40,028 nucleotides of DNA from Malassezia furfur (lineage: Eukaryota): assembly GCA_052055015.1 (NCBI GenBank), contig JBQJIT010000055.1. One strand, given 5' to 3'. Positions 25,631 through 36,629 of the stretch are shown one piece after another; position 1 is the first letter of the stretch; each line of letters begins with the position of its first letter. The notes beneath the pieces are model-generated. The model did no database searches, was not told where the DNA came from, and worked only from the letters and a program-made list of their open reading frames with translations. The position numbers and the translations under genes are program-made.

Positions 25631-25646
25631 CTATATAACACGTGAC
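25631..25646 (-). promoter_or_regulatory. E-box (GTCACGTG) abutting a TATA-like element upstream of RPL23
   Basis: The minus strand reads GTCACGTG-TTATATAG, about 66-81 nt upstream of the RPL23 ATG at 25565. Confidence 0.45.
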
Positions 25647-25782
25647 ATTATTCCAAGAATGGCAGAATTATACCTCCACCAATACTTAGATCGGGCAATC
25701 GGGATACAGATGGCGCGGCCGGCCGCGGCGGCGCATGTGGAGCGGTTGACGCTCGAGTCGCCGGGGTGGGAGGAGTACTTCA

Positions 25783-26738
25783 TTAGTGTCGGATGAGACT
25801 CAGAAATTCTTCGCGGGTTTTTTGACGGTTGCGGAATACACCAAGCATGCAGCTCGTAACCGTGCTCGCGCCGGGCTTTTGAACGCCGCGCATCGACATA
25901 CACATATGCTCATACTCCATCACCACGGCCACGCCACGCGGCTTCAGTGCTTCATCGAGCGCCAGTGCAACTTGGCGCGTAAGTCGCTCTTGTACAGAAA
26001 GACGCCGCGCAAACGTTTCAGCAATGCGCGCCAGTTTCGAAAGGCCGATCACCATCCGGTTGGGGATGTAGCCGATGTGGATCTGGGTTAGTAGGCACCA
26101 AAATACGCACCTTGCCCGTAAACGGCACCAGGTGGTGCTCACACAAGCTGTAGACAGGTATGTCTCTGACAATTACCATCTCGTCATGATCCTCATCAAA
26201 TATGGCATTCGAGATCACGTCTAGGGTTAGCATCCGGGGTGTGTCGATTTTCACGTACCACACAACTGCTCCTCGTACCCCTTGGTCATCCACAGAAGCG
26301 CACGAGCATAGCGTTTGGGGGTATCTTTGAGTCCTTCGCGCTCCGGGTCCTCGCCAAGACATTCCAAAATGGTCTTGACTGCCCCCTCGAGACGCTTCTC
26401 GTTCGCTTTGGCCTCTTCCGGCGTTTGGCGCAAGCGGTCCAACGTTTTCTTTGCGGGCCAGCCAAGTCCGTCCTTGTTCATAACAGACTGCAACTTCTCT
26501 GATACTTCCGAGAAACCGTTGATGTTGGTTTTGGCGCCCGTAGGCGTGCCCAAACCACCTCCGTGCTTAGTGATCACTTCGTTCTGAAGCGAGCTGGTGG
26601 AGTTCATGACAGGAGGATCCGATTCATAGCCGTCCTCTGTATGCTCATCCTGCGCCGTGTTAGTCTCATTTCATATATGTTACGTACATCGATCGGCCGC
26701 TTCGTCCCCCGCTGCGTCTGCTCCGCTTCCGACGACAT
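25783..26738 (-). CDS. FOL2: GTP cyclohydrolase I, 4 exons, 283 aa
   Basis: Exons 26738-26688, 26649-26259, 26220-26111, 26082-25783; introns 38, 38 and 28 nt. Motifs [49 protein letters not shown] and HMCMSMRGV. Confidence 0.93.
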
Positions 26739-26914
26739 TTTTGTGAGAAGTCGCTGTGAACCTCCACGTTGCGCACAGGGAGTATGCTTGAGTAGCTAAT
26801 GATGACGTAAACTAGCGTAGGCCTCCGCTCTCTAATCACCTGTTCCTGATTGGATGAGCAGTAGGGCGGGGTTGGTCTCCTAGGCTACCCTAAGCTTAAA
26901 CCTTGTCTCTAACC

Positions 26915-27234
26915 ATGTCGAAGAGCATTACGCTGGACGAAGTGAAGAAGCACAACTCGGGTATGTATGGTCGAGATGCTCCACCACTCGGCGTGGGAAA
27001 GTCCAGATTGCTAACACGGGCGCAGACGAGTCGGCCTGGGTCGCCATCAAGGGCAACGTCTACGACGTGACCGAATTCTTGGACGAGCACCCGGGTGGTC
27101 GCAAGATTCTGCTCAAGAACATTGGCTCGGATGCGACGTCTAAGTTCGTGAACTACCACCCCGACTACGTGCTGAAGGAGGTTGCGCCGAAATTCAAAAT
27201 CGGCTCGCTCGCAGAGGGTGACTCGAAGCTGTAA
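26915..27234 (+). CDS. Small soluble cytochrome b5-type heme protein with C-terminal PTS1 (SKL), 2 exons, 84 aa; absent from the ORF track
   Basis: Exons 26915-26960 and 27026-27234; 65-nt intron GTATGT..CTAAC..CAG. Product [84 protein letters not shown] has HPGG plus the second heme His. Confidence 0.9.
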
Positions 27235-27848
27235 GCAGCTGTGTCTGTGTACACAACTCGATATACTGGAGAGCATGTGGGCCCAATGTGCATAGCGTGA
27301 TGGTTCGCACCTGAGAAATGAAGCAATCTTTCATGTCCCAGTGCCGGCCGGTGCGGCCGTGCGTGCCAATAGACGGATCGCTTGTCAGGCCCGGTTCGCC
27401 TCCACACTTGTGCCGGTGCGGAGGATAATGGCCGGCCCGACCCGAGGCCACCTTGCGGGTCTCGCGACCTCGACAATGTTTAGTCAGACCCAATTAGTCA
27501 GACTCAGACGAGATTAACCCGGGGTACGCCGTCCGCTCGCGGGACGCGCAGTGGGGCTTGACAAAATTGGGCATGGCCCACATTTTAATTCGCGGAAGCC
27601 AATTATCCATCGACCGACGCGTTTGCGCTACGACTCGATTTTCGCAGGAACCTGGGTGAGAGCGTTTGGTGTGCATCGCTTGTGCTCTATCCTTGGGAAG
27701 AGCAGCAAAATTCGTAGGCGGTTGCGTGCATCATCCTCGCTACCCTTCCTTCCTTGTGGTGCGATCTGCGCCGCGTTTGTTTGAGTTCGCTTGTACGCGC
27801 GACGCCCCCGTTTTCAACAAGTGACGGTTGACGGCGCCGCGTACTCTC

Positions 27849-30800
27849 ATGGCAGATACGTTACCCATTGTTCCTGGCGACGAGCAGAATGGTCTGAAGC
27901 ATCCTGCGCAGTCGAGCCATGCGGAGGGCTCTGCGCAGGTGCCCGCGTTGGCGATCCCCCTGTCCAGCGATGCTTTGGATGCGCTCCATGACGTGCAGTC
28001 CGCGCAGGGCGCCAGCAACGGCCCCTCTCGTCGCCCCTCTCTCCAACCCATTTCTCAGGATTCGCCCATGGTGGATATGAGCGAAGCACAAACCCCCACG
28101 ACACCGACGTCCGCCACGCACCCTCCTCCCGCGCGCTCGCCGCGCGAGATGGACCTAGGCTATCTTGCGCCGATCGTTACGGGCGTGGAGGAAAAGGCAC
28201 AGACAGACATGCATCTGCCCGTCCCCAACACGCAGGCATCGCAGATCGCGTCGCCGCCGCTTATGCCAAACGCGCTTGACCCACAGCAGCGACCACTGTC
28301 ACCGCTGCGTCCCGTCGTGGCGCCGGCAAGCGCTCCCGGTCCCGCGCAGGATGGTGGACTAGTGGACCCCGAGCTGCTGGGCATGGCGGTACCCAACTTG
28401 CCGACTGCGCCGCATGCGTCGCGGGCGGTTCGCAACGAGCATGGTGCGCGTGCGTTGAGTCCTGCATCGGTGGCGCGGGCCAACACGCTTCCGCGACAGT
28501 CGCGTCCGCCGAGCCTCACGCCGGGTGCCAAAGAGCCCACACACGAAAACGCATCGGGGGATTTGGCGCGGCATGCGTCCGTCTCAGCACGTCCACCCGC
28601 GCAACTCGAACGGGCGGACAGTGTGCGGACGACGCCACAGCGCTCGGAGCGGTACCGGTGGTCGCTGGGCGACTACATGCTTGGCAAGACCATCGGTGCC
28701 GGCAGCATGGGCAAGGTCAAGTATGGGTGCCACAAGGTCACCAGGGAAAAAGTTGCGGTGAAAATCATCCCGCGGCACACGTCGGTGAATGCAGTGCAGC
28801 ACCAGGCGCGCGAAAAGGCCAAGCGGCACCCGGGGCAGGCGAGCAGCCAGTCGGACCAGGAGCTAAACGCAGCGCTACAGCGCGCGGCGGCCAAGGACAA
28901 GTCGAAAGAGGTGCGCATCCTGCGCGAGGGCAGTTTGCAGCTCCTGTTGCGTCACCCATACATTTGTGGGATGCGCGAGATGATTGTGCACCACAACCAC
29001 TACTACATGGTGTTCGAATACATCAACGGCGGGCAGATGCTCGACTACATCATCTCTCATGGCCGGCTGCGTGAGCGCAGCGCGCGCACCTTTGCGCGGC
29101 AGATTGGCAGTGCGCTGCAGTACTGCCATGCCAACAATGTGGTGCACCGCGACTTGAAGATTGAAAACATCCTCATCTCTAAGTCGGGCAACATTAAAAT
29201 CATCGACTTTGGCCTGTCCAACCTGTACTCACCACACTCGCATCTCAACACCTTCTGTGGCTCGCTGTACTTTGCCGCGCCCGAGCTGCTCAATGCCCGC
29301 GTCTACACGGGCCCGGAGGTGGACGTGTGGAGTTTTGGCGTGGTGTTGTATGTGCTGGTGTGCGGCAAGGTGCCATTCGACGACCAAAACATGCCTGCGT
29401 TGCATGCCAAGATCAAGCGCGGCCAGGTCGAGTACCCTGTGTGGCTGAGTCCCGAGTGCAAACAGCTGCTATCGCGCATGCTGGTGACCAACCCACAGCA
29501 GCGCGCGTCGCTGCACGAGGTGATGACGCACCCGTGGATGATGAAGGGCTTTGACTACGTCGAGCCCGCGCACCTGCCGGCGCGTGTGCCGCTACGTCCG
29601 GGCATGCTCGATCGCGAAGTGATCGAGGGTATGACCGGATTTGAGTTTGGCACCGCCCACGAGATCGAGGCGCGGCTCAACGAGCTGCTCCACAGCGAGG
29701 GCTACCAAGCGGCGCTTGCGCACTGGGAGCAGCAGCAGAATCCAAACGCTGTTGCATCCGCGGAGCCGCGCAGCACGGGAGGCGACGAAGAGCGCAGCAG
29801 CGCAGAGCACGGCCGCAACCGACTCTCACGTTCTTTCTCTGGCATCAACTTTTACCGGCGGCGCCTGTCGCAGCGTCTGCGCGACGAGGACGAGACCAAG
29901 ACCGACACGCAGCAGCCGCCGGGCATCAAAGGCCCGCTTGACCCCACGCTGGGGTACCACCCGCTGATCTCGATCTATTATCTCGTGCACGAAAAGATGC
30001 AGCGCGAAAAGGTGTATGGCCAAATCTCATTCGCTTCGAGCGACATTGCGCTCGAAACGGGTGCCACCGCAGCGACCGCGCTGCGGGGTGCTGGCGTGGC
30101 ATCGGCCGGCGCGCCGCCCGCGCCCGAGTCGGTGCCAACGCACACACCCGTTGCGTCAACGTTGCCGATGCCGACCTCGGCCGATATACCCCACGAGCCC
30201 GTCAAGGTGCCCGAGCAGACCCACGCGTCCCACCGCACCACCGACACGCCCGGCCACCTCGGCGTACTCACGCCCCCGCCGCGCGCCGCAGGTGCAGGCG
30301 GCGGTCTCGGACCCGAAGAGGTGCCCACGCCCGTATTCGAGTCGCGGCAAAAGTCGCAGCCGCACGGCCTCATGCTTGGCCCGCCGCGTCCGCGCGCGCA
30401 CGCCGACGAGCTCGAGTCGAGTTTGCGTGGCTCGCTACCGAGCCCCGAACTGCCGCCGTGGCACAACAAGCACCTCCCGATGGCGCCGGGCGGCGACACC
30501 CGCGCAGGCCTGCGCCGCAGCTCGACCATCTCGACCGGGAGCCGCTCGCCGAGTTCGGCAGGCTCGCTGGAACGCCAGTCGATGCTCCCCTCGCCGCTCG
30601 CCTTCGGTGGCGGACAACGCGCGCTGCCGTCGCTTAGCACAATCGCCGACGAGAGCGGCACGGCGCCCGGGCGGATGACGCCGAACGCGACGTCGGCCAA
30701 CACGTCACTCGCGGCCCACACGCAGCAGCCGGCCGCCCCGAGCGACGCAACACTTTCGCGCCGCTTTGGTACGATGCGTGTTCGGTCACCGTCGCAGGCG

Positions 30801-31493
30801 CGCTCACGCACGTCATCGCTGATGGATACGAGCAGGACCAACTCGCCTGGCCCTGCATCAGACACGCCCGGGACGCCTGGGACGCCGCAGACAGCGCATG
30901 CACCGGCGTCGGCGCCCGAGATGCCGCTGTCGCCCGATGAGGCCATGTCCAAGCCCGTGTTTCTCAAGGGCCTGTTCAGTGTGCACACAACAAGCCGTCG
31001 GTCGCGACAGGTGATCCGGCGAGACCTAATCCGTGTGCTGGAAGAAATGAGCATCCCGCACCGCGAGATCCGCGGCGGATTTGAGTGCGTGTACAAGCCA
31101 AGCGTCGCTTGGGAGAACGCAGAGGGCAGCAAGACGGCGCCGTCGCTCACGACCTCGACGACTTCGATGCCCGCGTCGACAACCGCCGTGCACGCGCCCG
31201 CCGATGCGGGCCTCGAGTCGCGCGACGTGCCGCCCGCGGCGACCGGCATCGGGCAGGTGGGCATCGACCGTACGCCGAACGGCGCGGTCGAGGCCCCACG
31301 TGCACCGACGGACGCGCCGCGCGCTGAGGCGGCGCCTGGCGGCGAGGGCGACGTCAATGTCTTTTTCGAGGTGTTTGTCGTCAAGGTGCCGCTGCTGCTA
31401 GGCATCAACGGCCTACAGTTCCGTCGGCTGTCGGGCAACGCGTGGCAATACCAGATGCTTGCGAAGCGCATCTTGGCCGAGCTGAAATTGTAG
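27849..31493 (+). CDS. KIN1: Kin1/Kin2 (MARK/Par-1) Ser/Thr protein kinase with C-terminal KA1 domain, ~1214 aa
   Basis: Motifs [54 protein letters not shown] and KA1 [30 protein letters not shown]. The first in-frame ATG is at 27849. Confidence 0.92.
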   Translation: MADTLPIVPGDEQNGLKHPAQSSHAEGSAQVPALAIPLSSDALDALHDVQSAQGASNGPSRRPSLQPISQDSPMVDMSEAQTPTTPTSATHPPPARSPREMDLGYLAPIVTGVEEKAQTDMHLPVPNTQASQIASPPLMPNALDPQQRPLSPLRPVVAPASAPGPAQDGGLVDPELLGMAVPNLPTAPHASRAVRNEHGARALSPASVARANTLPRQSRPPSLTPGAKEPTHENASGDLARHASVSARPPAQLERADSVRTTPQRSERYRWSLGDYMLGKTIGAGSMGKVKYGCHKVTREKVAVKIIPRHTSVNAVQHQAREKAKRHPGQASSQSDQELNAALQRAAAKDKSKEVRILREGSLQLLLRHPYICGMREMIVHHNHYYMVFEYINGGQMLDYIISHGRLRERSARTFARQIGSALQYCHANNVVHRDLKIENILISKSGNIKIIDFGLSNLYSPHSHLNTFCGSLYFAAPELLNARVYTGPEVDVWSFGVVLYVLVCGKVPFDDQNMPALHAKIKRGQVEYPVWLSPECKQLLSRMLVTNPQQRASLHEVMTHPWMMKGFDYVEPAHLPARVPLRPGMLDREVIEGMTGFEFGTAHEIEARLNELLHSEGYQAALAHWEQQQNPNAVASAEPRSTGGDEERSSAEHGRNRLSRSFSGINFYRRRLSQRLRDEDETKTDTQQPPGIKGPLDPTLGYHPLISIYYLVHEKMQREKVYGQISFASSDIALETGATAATALRGAGVASAGAPPAPESVPTHTPVASTLPMPTSADIPHEPVKVPEQTHASHRTTDTPGHLGVLTPPPRAAGAGGGLGPEEVPTPVFESRQKSQPHGLMLGPPRPRAHADELESSLRGSLPSPELPPWHNKHLPMAPGGDTRAGLRRSSTISTGSRSPSSAGSLERQSMLPSPLAFGGGQRALPSLSTIADESGTAPGRMTPNATSANTSLAAHTQQPAAPSDATLSRRFGTMRVRSPSQARSRTSSLMDTSRTNSPGPASDTPGTPGTPQTAHAPASAPEMPLSPDEAMSKPVFLKGLFSVHTTSRRSRQVIRRDLIRVLEEMSIPHREIRGGFECVYKPSVAWENAEGSKTAPSLTTSTTSMPASTTAVHAPADAGLESRDVPPAATGIGQVGIDRTPNGAVEAPRAPTDAPRAEAAPGGEGDVNVFFEVFVVKVPLLLGINGLQFRRLSGNAWQYQMLAKRILAELKL

Positions 31494-31572
31494 TATGGGA
31501 TGTATGTATTCTGCAGAGCCTGGGAATTACAAGGGGCACGCGTCGTTTTCGTCGCCCCGTCCTGCGTCTACC

Positions 31573-33276
31573 ATGTCGGCCGTGGAGCTGATCAACCCGA
31601 GGGCCGAGTCCGTGCGGCGGATTCAGGCGCTGCAGGTGAACATTGCTGGCGCTGTTGGCCTTGCGCAGGTCGTTCGCTCGAACCTGGGCCCGCGCGGCAC
31701 GCTCAAGATGCTTGTCGACGGCTCGGGTAACCTGAAGATGACCAAGGATGGCAAGGTGCTGCTCACCGAGATGCAGATCCAGAACCCTACTGCAGCGATG
31801 ATTGCCCGCACCGCAGTTGCACAGGACGAGCAGTGCGGTGATGGCACAACGTCGGTCGTTCTGCTCGTGGGTGAGCTGCTCAAGCAGGCGGAGCGCTACA
31901 TTCAGGAAGGCGTGCCGAGTCGTGTCGTGTCGGACGGCTTTGACGTCGCCAAGACCGGTGTCCTGCAATTTTTGGAGACGTTCAAGGTGCAGCAGACGCC
32001 GGACCGTGCGACGCTCATCTCGGTGGCGCACACGGCGCTGGCTACCAAGCTGCCGGCCAAGCTCGCCACGCAGTTGGCTGACAGCGTGGTGGATGCGGTG
32101 TTGGCCATCAAGCCGCGCGATCCCGAGTTGTCTGCGCCCGCCCCCGCTGCGGACGGCACCACTGAGGACGTCGCAGCGTGGCAGAGCCGCGACCCGATCG
32201 ACCTGCACATGATCGAGATCATGAAGATGCAGCACAAGAGCGAGTCGGACACGCGTCTGATCCGCGGGCTGGTGCTTGACCACGGCGCGCGGCACGCCGA
32301 CATGCCGAAGCGTGTCAAGAATGCCTACGTACTCACGCTGAACGTCAGCCTCGAATACGAAAAGACCGAGATTAATTCGGGCTTCTTCTACTCCTCCGCG
32401 GAGCAGCGCGAGAAGCTTGTCGAGTCGGAGCGCCGCTTCGTGGACGCCAAGCTGAAGAAGATCATTGAACTGAAGGACGCGGTGTGCGACGCGCCGGCGA
32501 ACACGCCCGAGTCCGAGCGCAAGTCGTTTGTGATCTTCAACCAAAAGGGCATCGACCCCATGTCGCTCGACATCCTCGCCAAGCACGGCATCCTGGCGCT
32601 GCGCCGCGCCAAGCGTCGCAACATGGAGCGCCTGCAGCTGTGCTGCGGCGGTGTGGCCCAGAACAGCGTCGATGACCTCTCGCCCGACATCCTGGGCTGG
32701 GCGGGTCTGGTGTACGAGCATACGCTCGGTGAGGAAAAGTACACATTCGTGGAGGATACCAAGGACCCGAAGAGTGTCACGCTGCTCATCAAGGGCCCGA
32801 ACACGTACACGATGAACCAGATCCAAGATGCGGTGCGCGATGGTCTGCGCAGCGTTAAGAATGCCATCGAGGACCGTGCACTGGTGCCCGGTGCGGGTGC
32901 GTTTGAGGTGTGTGCGGCCAACCACCTGCTCGAAACGGTGCGTCGCAGCGCCAAGGGGCGTGCCAAGCTCGGTGTCGAGGCGTTTGCGCAGGCGCTCATG
33001 ATCATCCCCAAGACGCTCGCGAGCAACGCGGGTCTCGATATCCAAGACGCGATCGTCACATTGCAGGACGAGTGTGCAGACGGACACGTCGTTGGCCTCG
33101 ATTTGCAGACGGGCGAGGTCATGGACCCTGCCGTGACGGGCGTGTGGGACAACTACCGCGTGAAGCGGCACATGATCCACAGCAGTGCGGTGATTGCGTC
33201 CAACCTGCTGTCCGTAGACGAGATCCTCCGCGCCGGCCGATCCTCGCTGAAGAGTGGCGGGCCGGGGCCCATGTAG
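31573..33276 (+). CDS. CCT6: Chaperonin CCT/TRiC subunit zeta, 567 aa
   Basis: Motifs [61 protein letters not shown] and [12 protein letters not shown]. The ATG in ACCATG context at 31573 is preferred over 31495. Confidence 0.95.
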   Translation: MSAVELINPRAESVRRIQALQVNIAGAVGLAQVVRSNLGPRGTLKMLVDGSGNLKMTKDGKVLLTEMQIQNPTAAMIARTAVAQDEQCGDGTTSVVLLVGELLKQAERYIQEGVPSRVVSDGFDVAKTGVLQFLETFKVQQTPDRATLISVAHTALATKLPAKLATQLADSVVDAVLAIKPRDPELSAPAPAADGTTEDVAAWQSRDPIDLHMIEIMKMQHKSESDTRLIRGLVLDHGARHADMPKRVKNAYVLTLNVSLEYEKTEINSGFFYSSAEQREKLVESERRFVDAKLKKIIELKDAVCDAPANTPESERKSFVIFNQKGIDPMSLDILAKHGILALRRAKRRNMERLQLCCGGVAQNSVDDLSPDILGWAGLVYEHTLGEEKYTFVEDTKDPKSVTLLIKGPNTYTMNQIQDAVRDGLRSVKNAIEDRALVPGAGAFEVCAANHLLETVRRSAKGRAKLGVEAFAQALMIIPKTLASNAGLDIQDAIVTLQDECADGHVVGLDLQTGEVMDPAVTGVWDNYRVKRHMIHSSAVIASNLLSVDEILRAGRSSLKSGGPGPM

Positions 33277-33376
33277 CGCGTGCACGCATGTGCGATAGAT
33301 AGCGCCGCCTGACGGCCGCACGCCCCCTCCACCTCGTCCCTTATTGCGTGCCTGATCCAGGCGCCCGTGTGTGGAA

Positions 33377-36300
33377 ATGGGTGCCGCTGCGCAGGAACAT
33401 ACCGCGCCCTGGGACTCGTTGCGCCGCGTCTCGTACACGCTTCCGTCACTCATCTCGCTCGAAGATGATCCACGGCACCGCTACATGCCGGATGCATCGG
33501 GCGCGCAGAGCTTTGCGCTCCCCGTGCTCGACTTCCCCGTGCACCGCACGTCGCGGCCGGCACTGATGGGCGGCTTGCATGTGCGCGTGCGCGAGCCACG
33601 CAGCGCACATCCACGGCCACACCCCGCGGGCGAGCTGCGCCCGCGCCACATTCGGCCCGTCACCGCGCTGGCCGCCGCGGGGGGACCCGGCGCCCCGCAC
33701 GCGCAGCACGAGCATCAGCGCACCGCGATGCTTTACAGTGCCGGGTGCGACGGTCTCGTGTGTGCATGGGACCTGAGTGAGTCGGGACCGCTGTTCCGGC
33801 AAAACATCCGTGCCCACGACAACTGGATCTCTTCGATGGTGCTGTGCAATCACAACCAGACTGTGGTTACCGGTTCGCTGGACTGCACGGTCAAGGCGTG
33901 GTCGCCGTACCTGGACGATGGCGCGATCTTGCACGAGCTCGGCGCGCACGCCGACTTTGTCAAGGACCTTGCGCTCGCTGCGTCTGCAGACTGGATCGTG
34001 AGCGCGGGCCTCGACGCGGCCGTGTGCCTGTGGGATTTGCGGCACGGGCGCAAGGCGCCCATGTGGCGCGCACGCAACCCTGCCGCGATCTACTCGACGG
34101 GCAGCAGCCGCAGCGGCGGTGTGATCGCGACGGGCGGCGTGGATTGCGTCGTGCGCGGCTGGGACCCGCGCATGCGCGACCCGACGTTTGAGCTCGTGGG
34201 CCACCAGGACAATGTACGCACGCTCGCCGTGTCTGAGAGTGGGCGCTACGTGCTTTCCGGCTCGTCAGACACTACGCTGCGTCTGTGGGACGTCGGCGAG
34301 CAGCGTTGTCTGCACACCTTTACGCACCACAACAGCAGCGTCTGGTCGCTCTATTCCGACGACCCGGACCTGACCACCTTTTACTCGGGCGACCGCGATG
34401 GCTATCTGTGCAAGGTACACTACACACACGGCGGAGATCCCGCCGAGAACGAGTGCGTGGTTCTGGCGCGCACGCTGTCTGGCGGCGAGGAGCCCACGAC
34501 TCGCCCCATCCCGATCCAGAGCGTCGTTGCGGACGGCGAACACGTCTGGACGTCGAACGCCCGCACACCGACGATCCAGTGCTGGCGTAACCTGTCGTCC
34601 CACACGCGCCGTGCGCACGTCGCGTCGGCGCCAGGCACCGTACATGGCGTACCGCTCGCCCACTGCGTCAACCTGGCCCCAAACGAGACCTGGGACACGC
34701 TTGCCAAGGCCGGCTTCCACGACCTTGTCCACTCGGCGATGCACTCGCCCACCGCCACGCGTTTCCACATCTCCGACGAACAAAAGGCCAACAGCCTGGC
34801 GCATCTCACTGCCGAACAGCAGCTCACGATCGAGCGCGAGCTGGCATATGCTCAGTGCGTCGTCACCGAGGACGCCACGCCGCTCTCGGCAGAGCCTGCC
34901 TACGAGATCCGCGGCTACCATGGCGCACTACGCGCCGTCGTCCTCAACGACCGCATCCACGCGCTCTCAATCGATACGGGCGGCGCTGTGGCGCTGTGGA
35001 ACATGGTACAGGCGACGTGCATCGGCACCATGGACGTCGATCGCCTACGTGAAGCCGCTCAGCACCATCGCATCGACCCCCGGCCAGCCCATGAAATCAC
35101 CACAAGCCCATGGCGCCCGCAGGACACTCCGAGCGACACACTTGCGATGGTGCAGAGCCTGGTCGAGAGCGATGCGGTCGTCGCGCCGTGGTGTTCGCTC
35201 GATACCGCCACGGGCGACTTGACCGTACGCCTCGAGCAGGACAAGGTGTGGGCCGCCGAGGTGTACGTCGAGGACCTGTTCCGCGCACCGTTCGACCAGT
35301 CGAAACGCGCATGGCACGAAGAACGCACATACATTGGTGCCACGGTGCTCCGCAACTTGTTTGCGGCCCTCAATGGTGCCGAGGCGCTACTGCACCCGCC
35401 TAACGAGCCAGGCACGCCCTATCTCCTGCACTGGCTCGATACGCACCGCGCATCACCCGAGCAGCTCGTGCGCGCGCCAATTGCGCAGGTCGTACCACCG
35501 GCCCTGGTGGGTCCTGCATCGGCACACGACACCATCTGGTCCGTGCTTGCCAACATGACGGGCCACGCAACGGTCGCCGTGCAGATGCATACCTCGGCGC
35601 AGACCGCGGCATCGGATACCCCGATGCCGCGACTCGCGTGCGTGCTCGTGGAGCTGCTGACGAGCCTGCGCGATGCGGGTTCAGCGTCGAATGCCGAAAC
35701 CTCGACGTCGCCCACCAAGAGCCCTACCGACGACAGCCATTCCACTTCCAACTCACTGTTTGGTCTCCGCAAGAACTCGTCGGCACGCAAGGGCACGAAG
35801 CAGGCTGCATCGGTGAGCGAGCCTTCGCCCATGCGCCAACACCTCGAAACGCTCACGGCGCTCCTCCGTGCGCCACGACGCGACGCACCACCGCTCAAAA
35901 ACACGCCTCAAATCACCTATCCCGCTGGGACGCTCGTCTCGATATCCCACGACCTCGCAAGCTCCGAGCATCAGAGACTTGCGTATCGCGGGCGCGTCAG
36001 CCATGTCGCACGCGACGCGGCCCTGCTCGAAGTGCTGGCACCGCCCTGGTTGCTCAGCATGCTGTTGAATACACAGGCGCAAGACCCGACATTCCAACGG
36101 ATGCCGGTTGTGGTAGAGCCGTGGTCGGATCCCAAGGAGCCCACGCGCAAACTGCCCGCGCTCTCGGCCACCGACGCACAGTTCAGCGCTGCGCGCATGG
36201 TTCGTGCAGCGCGCGTTGGACTGCATGTGCAGGAATTGCTGCACAAGGCAGGTGTAAGGGTTCCTGCGGCACCCTCACAGCCGCCGGACTCGTGCATTGA

Positions 36301-36409
36301 AATTTTGTGCAATGGCCAGCTGTTGTCCAGCCACACCACACTTGCGCAGTGTCAGCGGCACTACTGGAAGTCGTCGTCGACCATGAAGTTGCAGTACCGC
36401 CAGAAATGA
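33377..36409 (+). CDS. WD40 deubiquitinase-associated factor of the WDR48/UAF1/Duf1 family, ~1010 aa
   Basis: N-terminal RRVSYTLP, WD repeats (HDNWISSM, HADFVKDL, GHQDNVRTL..SGSSDTTLRLWD, HNSSVWSL), LNDRIHAL, VAPWCSLD..TGDLTVRL and C-terminal IEILCNGQLL...YWK...LQYR (DUF3337-like). Confidence 0.8.
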   Translation: MGAAAQEHTAPWDSLRRVSYTLPSLISLEDDPRHRYMPDASGAQSFALPVLDFPVHRTSRPALMGGLHVRVREPRSAHPRPHPAGELRPRHIRPVTALAAAGGPGAPHAQHEHQRTAMLYSAGCDGLVCAWDLSESGPLFRQNIRAHDNWISSMVLCNHNQTVVTGSLDCTVKAWSPYLDDGAILHELGAHADFVKDLALAASADWIVSAGLDAAVCLWDLRHGRKAPMWRARNPAAIYSTGSSRSGGVIATGGVDCVVRGWDPRMRDPTFELVGHQDNVRTLAVSESGRYVLSGSSDTTLRLWDVGEQRCLHTFTHHNSSVWSLYSDDPDLTTFYSGDRDGYLCKVHYTHGGDPAENECVVLARTLSGGEEPTTRPIPIQSVVADGEHVWTSNARTPTIQCWRNLSSHTRRAHVASAPGTVHGVPLAHCVNLAPNETWDTLAKAGFHDLVHSAMHSPTATRFHISDEQKANSLAHLTAEQQLTIERELAYAQCVVTEDATPLSAEPAYEIRGYHGALRAVVLNDRIHALSIDTGGAVALWNMVQATCIGTMDVDRLREAAQHHRIDPRPAHEITTSPWRPQDTPSDTLAMVQSLVESDAVVAPWCSLDTATGDLTVRLEQDKVWAAEVYVEDLFRAPFDQSKRAWHEERTYIGATVLRNLFAALNGAEALLHPPNEPGTPYLLHWLDTHRASPEQLVRAPIAQVVPPALVGPASAHDTIWSVLANMTGHATVAVQMHTSAQTAASDTPMPRLACVLVELLTSLRDAGSASNAETSTSPTKSPTDDSHSTSNSLFGLRKNSSARKGTKQAASVSEPSPMRQHLETLTALLRAPRRDAPPLKNTPQITYPAGTLVSISHDLASSEHQRLAYRGRVSHVARDAALLEVLAPPWLLSMLLNTQAQDPTFQRMPVVVEPWSDPKEPTRKLPALSATDAQFSAARMVRAARVGLHVQELLHKAGVRVPAAPSQPPDSCIEILCNGQLLSSHTTLAQCQRHYWKSSSTMKLQYRQK

Positions 36410-36453
36410 GAACGTTTCATAGGGCCAAAGCTGCCATAATTAATGATCGATCT

Positions 36454-36537
36454 GGGCACATAGCGGAGTGGTTTACCGCATCGGTTTTCGGTCTTGCTGA
36501 TTCCCGAAGGTCATGGGTTCGATCCCCATTGTGCTCT
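36454..36537 (+). tRNA. tRNA with a 10-nt intron, most likely tRNA-Arg(TCG)
   Basis: Acceptor stem GGGCACA/TGTGCTC, D arm GCGG-AGTGGTTTA-CCGC, anticodon stem TCGG/CCGA, anticodon TCG at 36488-36490, intron ~36492-36501, variable loop AGGTC, T arm ATGGG-TTCGATC-CCCAT. The tRNA call is firm; the isotype is less so. Confidence 0.8.
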
Positions 36538-36543
36538 TTTTTT
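36537..36543 (+). terminator. RNA polymerase III terminator (T7 run)
   Basis: Seven consecutive T immediately after the tRNA acceptor stem. Confidence 0.75.
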
Positions 36544-36629
36544 GCCGCCAAAAAAAAATCAATCCCTCGACTCGGACACCCGCCCCCCTTTGCTTCCTTT
36601 TGCCTGATTTTCGCGCGCCGCGCTCTTCT

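Noticed and set aside
31405..33453. 682-aa - strand ORF antisense to CCT6 (also 29978-31471 opposite KIN1 and 36790-38028 opposite PAN1)
   Set aside because: Shadow ORFs of conserved genes with strong codon bias; no independent domain signal.
36491..36500. Alternative reading of the tRNA as Ala (GGGCACA start, TTGC in the loop region)
   Set aside because: It lacks the G3-U70 alanine identity pair (G3-C70 here), and TGC is not at positions 34-36.
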